The notes beneath the pieces were generated by a model. That model saw only the letters and a program-made list of their open reading frames with translations, had not been told where the DNA came from and searched no databases. Below are positions 1 through 16,809 of a stretch of DNA of 64,000 bases, in pieces (the stretch's first letter is position 1; each line of letters begins with the position of its first letter). Origin of the DNA: Schmidtea nova. Taxonomy: Eukaryota. The stretch covers positions 119,102,001-119,166,000 of the forward strand of contig CM097883.1 of NCBI GenBank assembly GCA_044892505.1, given 5' to 3'. The position numbers and the translations under genes were made by a program.

Positions 1-39
1 TAAAATAGTGATTGATAAATTTTACATGCACACACCATA

Positions 40-420
40 CATATTATACATATTATAAGGTTTTCAAATTTTGAACCTTGGAACTTTCAAGGGTATGACC
101 TTCGAACTCACCTTCAAAAGTCCTTTTGAATGATATGTATATTATAAGGTTTGAAAATTTTTGAAGGTTTAAGACAGTTGAAGGTTGAGCATACACAATA
201 GACCTTCGGGGGTATGACTATCATACTTACCTCTCAATTACCTTTCGAATAATATCTATATTATAAAGTTTGAAAAGATTTGAAGTTTTGAACCCTTTGA
301 AGGTTCATGACCCTCCATAAACCTTCGAAGGTATGACCATTGTATAGACCTCTCAAAGACCTTTCGAATGATACCCTTGTTTGAAGGTTTGACCTTATTT
401 AACCTTTGGAAATTCAAATT
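40..420. repeat. Imperfect tandem repeat, period about 119 bp, roughly 3.5 copies, rich in AAGGT/TGACC motifs
   Basis: GGTATGAC recurs at about 92, 211 and 330. TATATTATAA(G/A)GTTT also recurs three times. Confidence 0.7.
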
Positions 421-425
421 TGAAA

Positions 426-656
426 TGAGTCATCGATGACGTCATAAAATTCAAATTTGAAATGAGTCATCGATGAGTCATACTGATGAGTCATCGATGA
501 GTCATACTGATTAGTCATCGATAAGTCATACTGATGAGTCATCGATGAGTCATCCGGGCGGGGTGGGGTGGGGGTAGGGGTGACTCATGTTCTTTGTTAT
601 GAGTCATCGATGACGTCATTGTCTTTGTTTAACGATGAGTCAGAGGGCACATAACT
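426..656. promoter_or_regulatory. Dense AP-1 (TGAGTCA/TGACTCA) and CRE (TGACGTCA) array with a G-rich box; probable terminus of a mobile or virus-like element
   Basis: Perfect TGA(G/C)TCA at 426, 463, 474, 487, 498, 535, 546, 581, 600 and 636. TGACGTCA at 437 and 611. GGGCGGGGTGGGGTGGGGG at about 556-574. Function is inferred. Confidence 0.55.
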
Positions 657-1761
657 GCCTACTATTGCTTTCATAATGATCTTGAATATCATCCAGCAGA
701 AGTTTCGAGATGAACCAGATGCTGAGTCTAAATGTTTAACATGGTCTACAAAGGAAAATGTTGACATTTTCCTGAAATTGTTGGACAAATATCTGTGTAT
801 TGAAATGTATTTATGAATTTTCATCATAAGACTACAATCTATTCAAATCTATAATAAAATTATTTTGAACTTTTTCCCTATTTTCAAATTTTCATTACTA
901 GCTTGCTTGTTTAGTTTGTCAATTAATAAACTTTATCTGTGTCAACTTTTGCATTGTTTTCTGCTTTCTTATTGCGATGTGAAATAGTTATTTTTTGGAA
1001 CAATTAAACAAAACTTCATTAATCTCTATATTAACTTAAAAGAACTTATAGAATAAACTTCAAAATAAAAATTTCCTCAGTCAATTTAATCTGAAGCAGT
1101 AAAACAGCGATAAAACATTATTTAAAATTATTTTTATTCTAGAATTGATCAATTTTTATATTCTTAGTATGTCACTAAAAAGAATTTTTCAACAAATTTT
1201 GATTTATTAGACTCAAAATTTAATAAAATTCTTTATATTTATAAAATAAATTAAGTACTATAAAATATTTATCCTTAACTTCAAAGGAATTGGTTTTGTG
1301 ATAAACTAATTTTGTGAATATTTAGAAAGCTACGTATGTGAAATATAATTGTTGTAAGAAAATGGGTCTTGAGAGTCTGTAAGAAAAACTTGTTTGAAAT
1401 GATTTGCTGCATGTCTCAAAGTTTTCATAATAATATGCTGTAAGGTATGTTGTAGCACATAAAAATATATTTATAAAATTCTAAATTTATTTAATCCATC
1501 GACGCTTTATAATACTATTTTTGCTTATAAACCGAGAAAATTGTTTTCAGATTTAAGAATACTAGACCATTATTATGAGGAAGAAGAGACTAAATCATTC
1601 ATTGGTTACTGAAGGAATGAAAAAATTGTTAGAATGATCTGATATAACTTTTTGGAAAATATTAAAACTGCAAAATAATTTACATATAAAATCATCAATT
1701 TTCTGCGAAAATAAATTCTTATTTTAAAGTACGATAATATTATCATAATTATCTTTTTTCA

Positions 1762-1875
1762 CCTTTGATCTTTTTTTATTATTATTATCAATAATTCTCA
1801 TAATGACTATAGATCAAAATTTTTTTTTATAAACAATAACACAATATTTCGGCACAGCCTTTATCAAGTGTGTAA
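1762..1875 (-). mobile_element. Penelope-like element 3'-end fragment
   Basis: Reverse complement of 17397-17508, which lies directly downstream of a GIY-YIG ORF. Confidence 0.75.
1839..1873 (-). ncRNA. Minimal type I hammerhead ribozyme motif (U3-A8 variant)
   Basis: Minus strand reads ACACAC-UUGAUAA-A-GGC-UGU-GCC-GAAA-UAUU-GUGU, the same as the 17398 copy. Confidence 0.6.
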
Positions 1876-3293
1876 AATTATATTGATGTAAAATTATAAA
1901 AGTTATAAAAATATACTTGCTAAAATTGGTTATTCATTTAAAATATATTTTTTGCCATTTAAATGCTTCAAATAATCCATTTCGTAAAAAAGAAATTGTC
2001 GATCAATCTCCTCAATTGATTAAGTTAAGTCCACTGTATTTTATTGTACTGATTTTACATGAGTAGCAGACAATTTGTGAATCACGTTGCCATGACAATT
2101 ATAGGTATAGATTGCTTATTAGTGTGTGCTTTAAATAAGTGAAATTATTTTAAATTAGTATGGACATAGCTGGGCTGGACGTTTTAATATCTGTTTTTGT
2201 TTATATCATTTATTTTTTATTGAATATCACTAGCGAGTGAAGTAAAACACAATTCATTGAATACTATATAGGGTTTCTCATTTGATAGTATTAGTACCTT
2301 TGGATTAAATATTGTTAATCTTTCAATTATTTACATTCTTGCCAATTGTAAATATTTATTTATAATTATATTTTAAATGAATTTTAATACAAAATAAAAG
2401 TATAAGTGAACAAACAACGACATAGAATTTTTATACATAGAATTTCAATTAAATTGTAATTATAAATAAATTATCACAATTTCGAAAAAACAAAAATAAA
2501 TGAAATATTAACACTACTAATGCAAAGACCAAAATATCAAATGAGAAACACTACAAACTTTTAATTTATGGCGTATTTAAATCAAAATTAGTATAAAAAC
2601 ATCTATTAAACATCCTATTGTCAAATCAATTCTTGTCCAGGCCTTCGTTGTTGTGATTATGTAAACGAAATTTTCTCTATTTAGTCTAAAATTTACCAGT
2701 TGAAATGTTTTTACTTATTTATGAAACAATTTTAATTAAATTTAAATAATTTTTAATGAATATTTTTTCAGATAATTGTCATCGGTAGCTATATTATTGC
2801 ATCAATGTTTTTTCAAATATTTGAAATGGGAACAGACACTATTTTTCTTTGTNNNNNNNNNNNNNNNNNNNNNNNNNNNNNNNNNNNNNNNNNNNNNNNN
2901 NNNNNNNNNNNNNNNNNNNNNNNNNNNNNNNNNNNNNNNNNNNNNNNNNNNNNNNNNNNNNNNNNNNNNNNNNNNNNNNNNNNNNNNNNNNNNNNNNNNN
3001 NNNNAGATTTGGAAAGGAACGACGGTTCACCGGATAAACCTTATTTTATGAGCAAAGAACTAATGTCGATTTTGGGAAAAAATAATAATGATAATATGGA
3101 ATTAAAATAAAACAAATTAAACAGCTTTTAATCTACTTTTTTATTAGTTTCTCATATTTTTTTAGTTTGTTGTACCATGTAAGCAATTTGCTTTAACTTT
3201 CCAAACAATTTTCGAAGCGAAATATGAGAACTCTATTAGTACATAATTTTTATTTTTTAACGTTAAATTAGGAGCCAATTATTTATTTGTACT

Positions 3294-3605
3294 CAGGGAT
3301 GCTTTCCCAAAATTTATCAACCGGTTCGCAGTGATATTTTCTTACAAATTTTTTTATTTTTTTAATATTAATATTTCCATCAAAATATTATGGTTTGTCA
3401 GAGTAGCAGACTAAGTCAAGAATATTTAACTATCGTTCATATTCTTTGCAACAATAATGTAATAGAATAAAAGAGAATAAAAAAATAATTCAACGAGGTG
3501 AAAATCACTTTTTTTTATTTATTCATTTCAAGGGATACACGAACCATAGAATTTACACCTAACGGTTCGCACGAACCGGTGCGAACCGGTAGGAAAGCAT
3601 CCCTG
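3294..3605. mobile_element. hAT-type MITE
   Basis: Perfect 14-bp TIR CAGGGATGCTTTCC/GGAAAGCATCCCTG. Perfect 8-bp TSD TTTGTACT at 3286-3293 and 3606-3613. Confidence 0.92.
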
Positions 3606-3989
3606 TTTGTACTTAAATTTCAATCTGATTCTTGTGTTATTGATTCATCTATTTGTTCTCTTCATCGTTATCTGTCAAATTCTTTTTATATATATTTATT
3701 TTTTCTTGGATCTTTTTGTCCTAATTCATTTCATATTTGAATTCTTCTTTTGATAACTTTCTTTTAAGTTAGTACTCGCTAATTTAAAAGTGTCTTTTAA
3801 GTATTTTTCATCAGTGTCAACACAATACCTAAAAAATATTGATATTGTAAGTTTGTGCTGTGCTGTGCACTAATCAAAAAATTGATTCTAACTGATGAAT
3901 GTAAAAGAAGTTTTGAAATGGTAAAAAACAGATTGATTTAAACCCCAGTTTTGGTACTTGATTTACCTTTCTATAATCAACACAAAATC

Positions 3990-5300
3990 TCAAATTACCA
4001 TCTTGTTTTTTAACAACTACTATAGAAGATGAAAATGGTGATGAACTATCTCATATTATTCCGAACTCTTTCGTGTCTGTAATTTGTCTTTTACTTTTGT
4101 CTCGATGTATGTATGGAATTCTGTACGGTCACAATTTAATTGGTGTTTTATTGTATCTCCTGTTCGATTATTCGTGTTAATCCCAAATATTTATGCATAC
4201 ATTTTTATATTTCCGTTATAATTCGGTGAACTTTTGTTTTTGCTTTTCTGTCAAATCGATACTGTTAAATTTAGGTTCTTAATGAATCTTTATATTTCTT
4301 GATAATTTTTGTCTTTCTTCGTAATGAATTTTAGATAATTTTCACAGTTTCGTTTTTGGGTTCATTTGAACTGGTTAATTTGCACACTTCGCTATTTTAA
4401 CTGGGATCAGTTTATTTTATGCTTTCACCAACTTCTCACACATTATTGTATTATAATTTTCTATTAACGATTGGTTTGGTTCAAATATAAATTCATCATC
4501 TGGTACACTCATCGCATTTGCATAATATATAACTTCAGATTTCGGTGGTATAACCACTGTATGGTTCAGAAATACATCTCCCGTTTTATGTATAATTTCG
4601 TTTGTCCTGCTGTTGGTTAAATTTCTGCTTGTCAAATCGAGCGAAATTCCTTCGAATTGTTCCATCAAATTCATATCTAATAAGCATTTTACTGGACTAT
4701 TTTCAATTACCATTACATAATAAATTATTTCTTTATTTTTGATTGATAATTTACTTTTCAATTTACAAACTATTTTTATTTTTAATGTAGACGTATTTAC
4801 TACTGGTTCTGAGTGTGGGGAAAATTAACTCTAACCCTATTTTATTCAATTCTCAACAGTGGTATTTACATAAAAAGTTATAAAATGACGAAAAACGCAA
4901 AAGGCCCGATTTTTTGTTGGATACATTTATTGATTCGATCATAATCACATCAAATGACATTCTATACAAATTCGCGATTCCGTCAAATAAATAGGTGGGC
5001 AATCTATCTGGTTTGCTGAGGTTCTAAATCAACTACCAATTTGGGCACTGATTCTTTTTTGTTTCTGCAACGTTTTCTGGGTTCATCTGTACATATTAGA
5101 GTTTTCAGGTGACGGAATTGACGTTGTAAACCATTTTTCCAGGGTGAATGAAGGTCGTTGGTAACAAACGTTTGCGTCAAGTGTTTCCTACAATTTTTCA
5201 ATTCGTAACTTAGGGCGTCCATTTCCAATTTAAGATCTTGGATGGTTTGTTTGACACGACCGAGTTTATCTTCTACCGTCTTCATATCGTTGTGCGAGAA
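3990..5300 (-). pseudogene. Degenerate Ty3/gypsy gag-protease region
   Basis: ORF 4417-4761 resembles a protease C-terminus plus spacer. Its motif VIPPKSEVIYY matches ELPARSEVIYY in the decayed Ty3 pol at about 43650. Many stops are present. Confidence 0.45.
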
Positions 5301-5985
5301 ATAGCTACATTATAGGTCTATGATGCGCCGCTTCAGCCGTCCAGTGACTTCTACTCCTAAATTGGTCACGGGTGCGTCCTCTTTTCTCGTCTCACCGTCC
5401 TTTTCTCTCACCGTGGTCTTGGAACTCTTTCTAAAATAACAAAAATATACAGAAAAACCTTTTGCCTCTTTATGGGAATCTAGTCTTTATCCACCCATAT
5501 TCGATTTTCCGCTGGTAATGTATTCGCTTTCGTTCACTCTATAACTTATTTTAAAATGATTTTTGTTTTTAGCTTCCTCAATTTATTAATGGTATTTGTG
5601 TTGTCTTTGACAACTGGGAAGTAAGGATTTAGCCAAATTGTCATCAACTTCACTTTATTAAATTCAAGAAAATATAAATCATTTGAAATAGCTTCGCGTA
5701 ATTCTTGTTTTAATTATTTAGTTTCTGGCAATATATACACTGGTAGTTTAAATACCATATAGAAATTTTTCATGTTAAGATTTTTATTTCTATTCTATTG
5801 TAGTAGTAAAGTTCGTATCTCATTTCGGTTTAATCAATTAATTTTAAAATTAAACAAATAATACGGAAGATATTTCTAAACGTTTTAATTTTTGACAGCA
5901 ATTACAGTTAACGATATAACAATGATAAGCCGCAGAGGCCATTGATTATTATTTCAATTATGTTTAATATTCGGTACTCTATAGA

Positions 5986-7600
5986 TCAAGCTGGGCTGAG
6001 GGGAGAGTCCAGTGATTGACTGGATATGGACGGAAATACTAGCTTTCCCGTTTTCACAAAATCAGCGAGAGGGATGTTTCTAGTAAATATGATATTTTTG
6101 AATTCTGGACTATCACTTGGAGATTCGACGAAATAACTTGGGTAGTCCGAAGGATACGTTGCATCAACGTCAATTGGCCACTCTGTGCTCCCATGCCACA
6201 CAATCTGACCAGGGCTGTTTCGGTGTAGGCTAAATCTCATCGTCTCGCTCTCCTGCAAGAATGCTCTTTGGTGTTCCTGAAAATTTCTTGAGCTAATTCT
6301 GCCGGGATCTGTTTCGGGGCATCGTTATGACGAAATGATTGTCACAAATGAGCTCCCGGACTCACTGCTTTTTCTACTCAATTTGGACATCTCTCTCATT
6401 TCAGCTCTTCCCGAAATCTTAGTTCTACAGCAAAAATGGTTCATCTTATGCCCGGAAGAGAAATAGACAGTTTTGGTTATGAGAGTAGCAATTAATTATT
6501 TTACCACCCAGTCGAAGTTTAATCCCGGACAATTACAGCAACTATTTTGTGGCCATTTTCCCCCAGGTTTATCTTTATATAAAGTTTTTCGCAGCTTGTC
6601 GCTGGCTGTTAATGTAATCGTTTGGACTGAATAATTGACCAAATGGTCCATCTCTCACAGAATCCATAGTTACTAGATCTAAATCCATCAAAACTGCTCG
6701 GGAACATACTTTCAACCAGTAACCTCATTATAATATACATTAATTATTTCTAGTTGCAAATCGGAATCTCCGTGGTATGTACCAGTTGGATCAATACCAT
6801 GCTCATCAGAAATAACTTCCCAAAACTTGGCAACAATTTGGTTATCACAATGAAATGCGAAAATGGAATTTCAAAGTTATACAAAGACATAGAAGAAGCC
6901 ACTCGTATTGACTGAATTTCGGGACTATGGTAAAAAGTTTCCCTAAATTAGAAGCAATCGAAATTTCAGGATTTATGTCAGATAGATGGTGCAACGAATT
7001 AGACAGTGTCGATGTATCCTGTAAGTCTGAATAGTTTTTGAACTCAACATGATGAATTTGTTCGGTTTTAATATCACAATTCATAAATGCTGTTGAAGAT
7101 TCACTCATGTGGATATCATTGTCAGCAAAAGATATCGACAATTTGGTTTCTTTTTTAATGCCAGGTGAATCAATGAGAGCTGTTGGTGTATTGAGAATTT
7201 CTGAATTATCGACAAAAAAGGTTTGATTTTCAGATTTAGGAATTTTTGGAGTTCTGCTGTGAAAGAGGACATCTCGCATTTTCTAGGTTTTTAGGAACCT
7301 TTGCTTAATATTAACTCTTTCATTAACAGAATTGGACATATTGGACATGAATTAGTCATTGCAGTAGATTCGCGTGCTAATTTTTCAATTAGTTTAGCTT
7401 GTTCAAATATATTCTTTTTGTTTGATGCTTCATAAAGCTTTTTGATTCCACCAATACGCATTTCAAAGCGTGGAATTTCATCTGGCTACAACGTCAGTTC
7501 AGTATTATCGGTTATTTCTTTTAACATAGCTTCACAATTAAAGATAAAATATTTGGTTCGCCATAGATCCGATGATTTATCTTATGATATTGTACTTTCA
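5986..7600 (-). pseudogene. Highly degenerate gag-like or retroelement-derived coding remnant
   Basis: Broken ORFs with remnants resembling Zn-knuckles (GH-K motifs near 6440 and 6550). No confident domain call. Confidence 0.25.
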
Positions 7601-8956
7601 ATATTATAAAGTAAACGATTTAAATTTATTTCAACTTTGGATTTACTCATCTTAAATTATTAAAAAGTTTATAACCTCAAAATATTTATTTTCATATTTT
7701 TGAATTATCACTCTTCACAAAAATCACAAAATTTTCTATTTAAATTTTTAAAACACGAAATTCCCAAAATGCATAAAATTCATCCAGATAAACACAACCC
7801 TTTACCAAAACAAAATCCAAAATGGTTTTTAAACAAATTATATCAAATTTTTTTATAATTTTAATATTTATTTACAAAATTAACATGGTCTCACAATCTC
7901 TCAAACTTATTCAAATCCCATAAATCTTTAACTTAATTAAAATTATTTTAATTTAATTTTAATATGGTCGCCTCTAATGCGACCGTATACACATACTATT
8001 ATCTGATTACAGGTCGAAAGCACTTTTGTAATATATTTCGGGTGTATATAAGAGGCTTCTACTTTATTAAAGGAAATTCCCTCTATTGTTAACAACGCTT
8101 TGCTATTGTTTATCCTTATCGTTGAATGTCCCTCATCTAGTGTATCGTAACTTCTCGTTTCGTGACCGAAATTTTCAAGTAGATGGTTTAATTAATGGTG
8201 GCTTCTATGCTTTACAGTGATAATGACTCTCCAGCTTGAGTTGGCAATTATCTGAGAACTTTATTTGATTACAATTCACTTTATCCTCGGCCTTTTATTC
8301 TTTTAGCTGGGGTGAAACAATGTGATGAAAACGCATGCCTTCGGCTATTAAATTGAAATTTTGTGAGATCGTGTATATCTTAGATTCATTTTACCCTATT
8401 TGATTAATTGGAACTTATTCTGTTGTAACTAATTTTGGAAAATTATTGTCGTTTCATAAAGATTTTCTCTTTTTTGGTTTTTCTTCAAGTAACTATCACA
8501 ACCTCTGCATGCTGCTACCAAGCCCGGGTAATTTTGCTACTGCCCCACTTTACTTATCAGATTTTATATTTTTTCCGATGAGCCACCCACCGAAGATCGG
8601 CGACCGGTTGGGCTGACATTATCTTGAATACCATTAAGTTTAAAACATAATATGTGTAAATCAGAATAATAAATCATCGAAAAATGAAATCAAAATGAAC
8701 AAATAATTACTTGAATGAATATATAATTAAAATACAAGTACAGCGATTTTCTGCTACAAACTATTTTTCCAAGTTATCACGCAGTGTTCAAAAAGTGTTT
8801 TCACATTTTGTCAAAAAATCGTTTTAAAGTTTGCTCAAAACAGTTTATCTCAAAAATAAAAACTATTAGTTAAAACAAATTAAGTTAAGTTGGCTGAAAT
8901 CGGCTGGCTTTTATATTGTTGGGCATTTATTCAATTTCTCGGTTCTGTTTGTCTGC

Positions 8957-9195
8957 CTCACTGGTTGTCTGCAACTACATGCGTGAAGCCTGCGTGATGC
9001 ATCTTCTGAAGAAGTCCTTGCGAAAGATTGGTGGTCCGATCTTGATCGTCGAGATAGATGAGAGCATTTCCACTAAGCGCAAAAATAACGCCGGAAGAAG
9101 TCTTCTTCAGCAGTAGATTTTCTGAGGAATCTGCAGTGAGATGCGTCAATGCTTCCTCATCATGGTTCCAGATCGATCTACTGAAACGCTACTCG
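8957..9195 (+). pseudogene. Merlin (IS1016/ISXO2-like) DDE transposase fragment
   Basis: Translation NYMREAC...KIGGPILIVEIDESISTKRKNNAGRSLLQQ*IF*GICSEMRQCFLIMVPDRSTETLL matches the Merlin pattern IGG..IVEIDES..KRK.N.GR...QWVFGGI.R...CF..V.DRS..TL, with two in-frame stops. Confidence 0.85.
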
Positions 9196-10597
9196 ATTTT
9201 CATAATTTGTTAAAATTGGTCCCGGATAATCCTATAGTACCGAAAATTGTTTACTCACTTTTGGCTTCGCCCACTCTGGCGAACTTTGATATTTTCTTCT
9301 TAATTTTATAGTGCTTCTTTTGATGGATTTCCACTAACTGCCTGGTGGTGTTTCCCGATTTGACATTTCCTTACTTAAACCAAAATTGCCAATAATCCGT
9401 CCGTCAGCTATGTTCTTTGGGTTTCCCTTAAAATTAATTTTCTCATGGATGATTACCTGTCATACTGCTCATCCGGGCTTCCCACACTATTTGATCACCC
9501 CATTGTCTCGGGTTTCCCATTAGCTTGGGTTTCCAATTAGCCAATTAACTCTTAATTCATTTATTAATTCTTTTCTTCTGGGGACCCCCCATTAATTTTA
9601 TTGTATTATTTTTGAATTAGTCTCAATTTTTGGCATACACCCATACCAATTTCCAACGCTAGATCTCTATTTTCAAATTTTCTAAATTTTTTAATAATTT
9701 TCAAAATTTAATAATTTTATTAATTTTTACTAAGTTTTTATGGATTTTATTTTTGTATTTGACTAATTTTACTAAACCCCAGCAATATTGTGGTTTGTTA
9801 AACATGTCAGCCAATCAGATTTCTACCGCCCGGTAATTGTTTGAAAAATTAAAAAAACTTATCCAATTAAATTGGAGGTTTTTCAACCAAATATTCTCAT
9901 TTATTTTCTTATTTCTTTAAATTAATTTTGGATTTTTTTAAATTTTTTCTTTTATTTTCTGCTTGATTTCCAATTCTCAGGGATTTTTTGTTCAGCAGTG
10001 CTTTTAAAATTCAAATTAATAATTTCTTTAATGTTTTTGTTCTTTTACTTTTATTTTCTTTCTTATTTTCTTTTAATTTAATTATTTTAAATTTTCCTTT
10101 TATTTTTCATTTGTTCTTTTATTTCTTTAATTATTTTATAATTTATTCTTATTTCGAGAGGTTGTACAGACCCAACAAAATTAATAGAATTTAAATTTTT
10201 CAAATAAATTTTGAAAGTTTCAATTTTGATTTAGTGAATCTCGAGAATAAATCTTAATTTGTTTCAATAATTTATATTAAATGAGAATTCAGGATAATGA
10301 AAACTTCCAGCAAGAAGTATGCAGTCAATTGGAAAGAACTTTGTTTTGAAGTGATCAGGATTTTTTAAGATCTAACATTGTGGAGAAAGGCTTAACACTT
10401 ACCTTATTATTATACATAATTATGATTATTGTTATTGTAATTATTTTTATTGTTTTGTTTTCAATTCTATTTTTAGCACTCCTGTGCCATTTTTAATCTT
10501 GACTACGCGAGCAATTTATTTTAAGAATCAATTTAATTACGATAAAACTCATTTATTAATGCTTCTCAAAAATTATGATTTTACTAATAGCATTAGA

Positions 10598-10668
10598 AAA
10601 TTCATTTACCAATCTTTTTTAAAAATTATGATTAAACTAATTTTTTTTGAAATTTGATGCTGGCGTGA
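10598..10668. repeat. About 70-bp dispersed repeat, second copy at 16640-16710
   Basis: AAATTCATTTACCAATC...GAAATTTGATGCTGGCGTGA is near-identical in both places, on either side of the chimeric LTR locus. Confidence 0.8.
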
Positions 10669-10807
10669 NNNNNNNNNNNNNNNNNNNNNNNNNNNNNNNN
10701 NNNNNNNNNNNNNNNNNNNNNNNNNNNNNNNNNNNNNNNNNNNNNNNNNNNNNNNNNNNNNNNNNNNNNNNNNNNNNNNNNNNNNNNNNNNNNNNNNNNN
10801 NNNNNNN

Positions 10808-11456
10808 ACATCCTTTCAATTTTATTGTCAAATGAACCGGGGGGAATAACAAAATTAAGCATAAATATATCCTCAAAATCATCTTGATCGAAATAAAGTA
10901 ACGTCTGTAATGATTTCCCCAAGGTTGGATTGAGCTCGATTAAATCATCTAGATTAGCCTTTTCATTGGACAATGTTTTGAACATTACAAGAGGAGAGTG
11001 AAGATCAATCATAACATTATTGTAAATTGCAAGACCAAACAATCTACCGATTGCATTAAACTGCGGTAAATTATCATCAAATATCATTTTGTTAAACCAG
11101 CAGAGTCTTGATTCAGGATACATTTCAAAGAGACCATAATCGGGGTTTAAAACTTGAGGCACAACAAGTAAGAACAATTCCTTCATTACCCCGCCTTCAT
11201 CTAAAGCATCTTCACCCATGAAATTAACCCTAAATGACCTTTTAAGGTGACATTGAGAAGCACGCTGCAACTGGCTAACGGTATCACCTAGCAAATTATC
11301 TCTTCGTACAGTAATATGAAAACTGCTTTGTGCTACGAAGCATGGTAAATCTTCTGACATTAAGCATTTAGCCTCAATTTTCATCAAATGAGTTTTCGTA
11401 ATACCATCGAATGCGAAAGGATAGTTAAACAATGAAAATTCCATTTTTCGATACAC
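10808..11456 (-). CDS. Second, gap-truncated copy of the HERC-type HECT N-lobe ORF
   Basis: Same protein as aa 1-216 of the 1367-aa ORF except L91M and N210D. Runs into the gap at 10807. Confidence 0.75.
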
Positions 11457-15902
<4,446 letters not shown>

Positions 15903-16809
15903 TTAGCCGGAATTCATAAGAATATTCAAAAGAAACAAATCTAAATTTCCGTTTCTAAATTCACCCAAATCGAAACTAAATCCAAATCAAAACTAAATTA
16001 AAAATCCATTGGAGTATTTAAACAATAAGCCTTAAGTCACAGAATATCTCAAAATTCTAAATTCAACTAGAACGCGCACACAGACGCGAATAGACAATAC
16101 AACCTGAACATGCGCACACAGACGCGATAAAGAGCATCAATACCCACGCAGATATATATAAAACCCGCTCCACGCACACAGACGCGGGAGCATCACAAAA
16201 ACTAAAATGCACCCAATAATCAAACAGCCAAAGTTTGTTCANNNNNNNNNNNNNNNNNNNNNNNNNNNNNNNNNNNNNNNNNNNNNNNNNNNNNNNNNNN
16301 NNNNNNNNNNNNNNNNNNNNNNNNNNNNNNNNNNNNNNNNNNNNNNNNNNNNNNNNNNNNNNNNNNNNNNNNNNNNNNNNNNNNNNNNNNNNNNNNNNNN
16401 NNNNNNNNNNNNNNNNNNNNNNNGAGGCTCCCGCGAAACACCCTTCAGTGGATTTTGGAGCTGTTTTTATTAATTAAGTCTTAACCAAGTTTATTATTAA
16501 TCTTTTTTTATAAAGATTTTGTTATTAAAACCAATAAGATATCGAAAGAAAAGTTATTTATATACAAAAATGATATTGTTACAACACTTCCCAAACATCA
16601 CCATCAACAATAAAATGATTTTGTTAAATCTAAAATAACAAATTCATTTACCAATCCTTTTTAAAAATTATGATTAAACTAATTTTTTTTGAAATTTGAT
16701 GCTGGCGTGACCAAAAACAGTAAGATATTTATTATTATTATTATTATTATTATATGTTGCGTGTTTGTTATTGTTATTTATTGTTATTATTTGTTTTGTT
16801 ATTTAACAA

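Noticed and set aside
484-545. CTGATGA repeats resembling the hammerhead core
   Set aside because: No stem II followed by GAAA and no cleavage-site pairing. They are part of the AP-1 repeat.
426-552. Possible CRISPR-like array (also the 15-bp and 120-bp repeats)
   Set aside because: No unique spacers, no cas genes and a eukaryotic context.
2776-3110. ORFs spanning N-runs (also near 10640, 16220, 17470, 24900, 59000 and 63400)
   Set aside because: They are artefacts of translating gaps as X.
10335-10412. Short repeat similar to 28390-28480 (GTGATCAGGAT...TAACACTTACCTTATTATTA)
   Set aside because: The similarity is real, but there is no TIR, ORF or structure to classify it.
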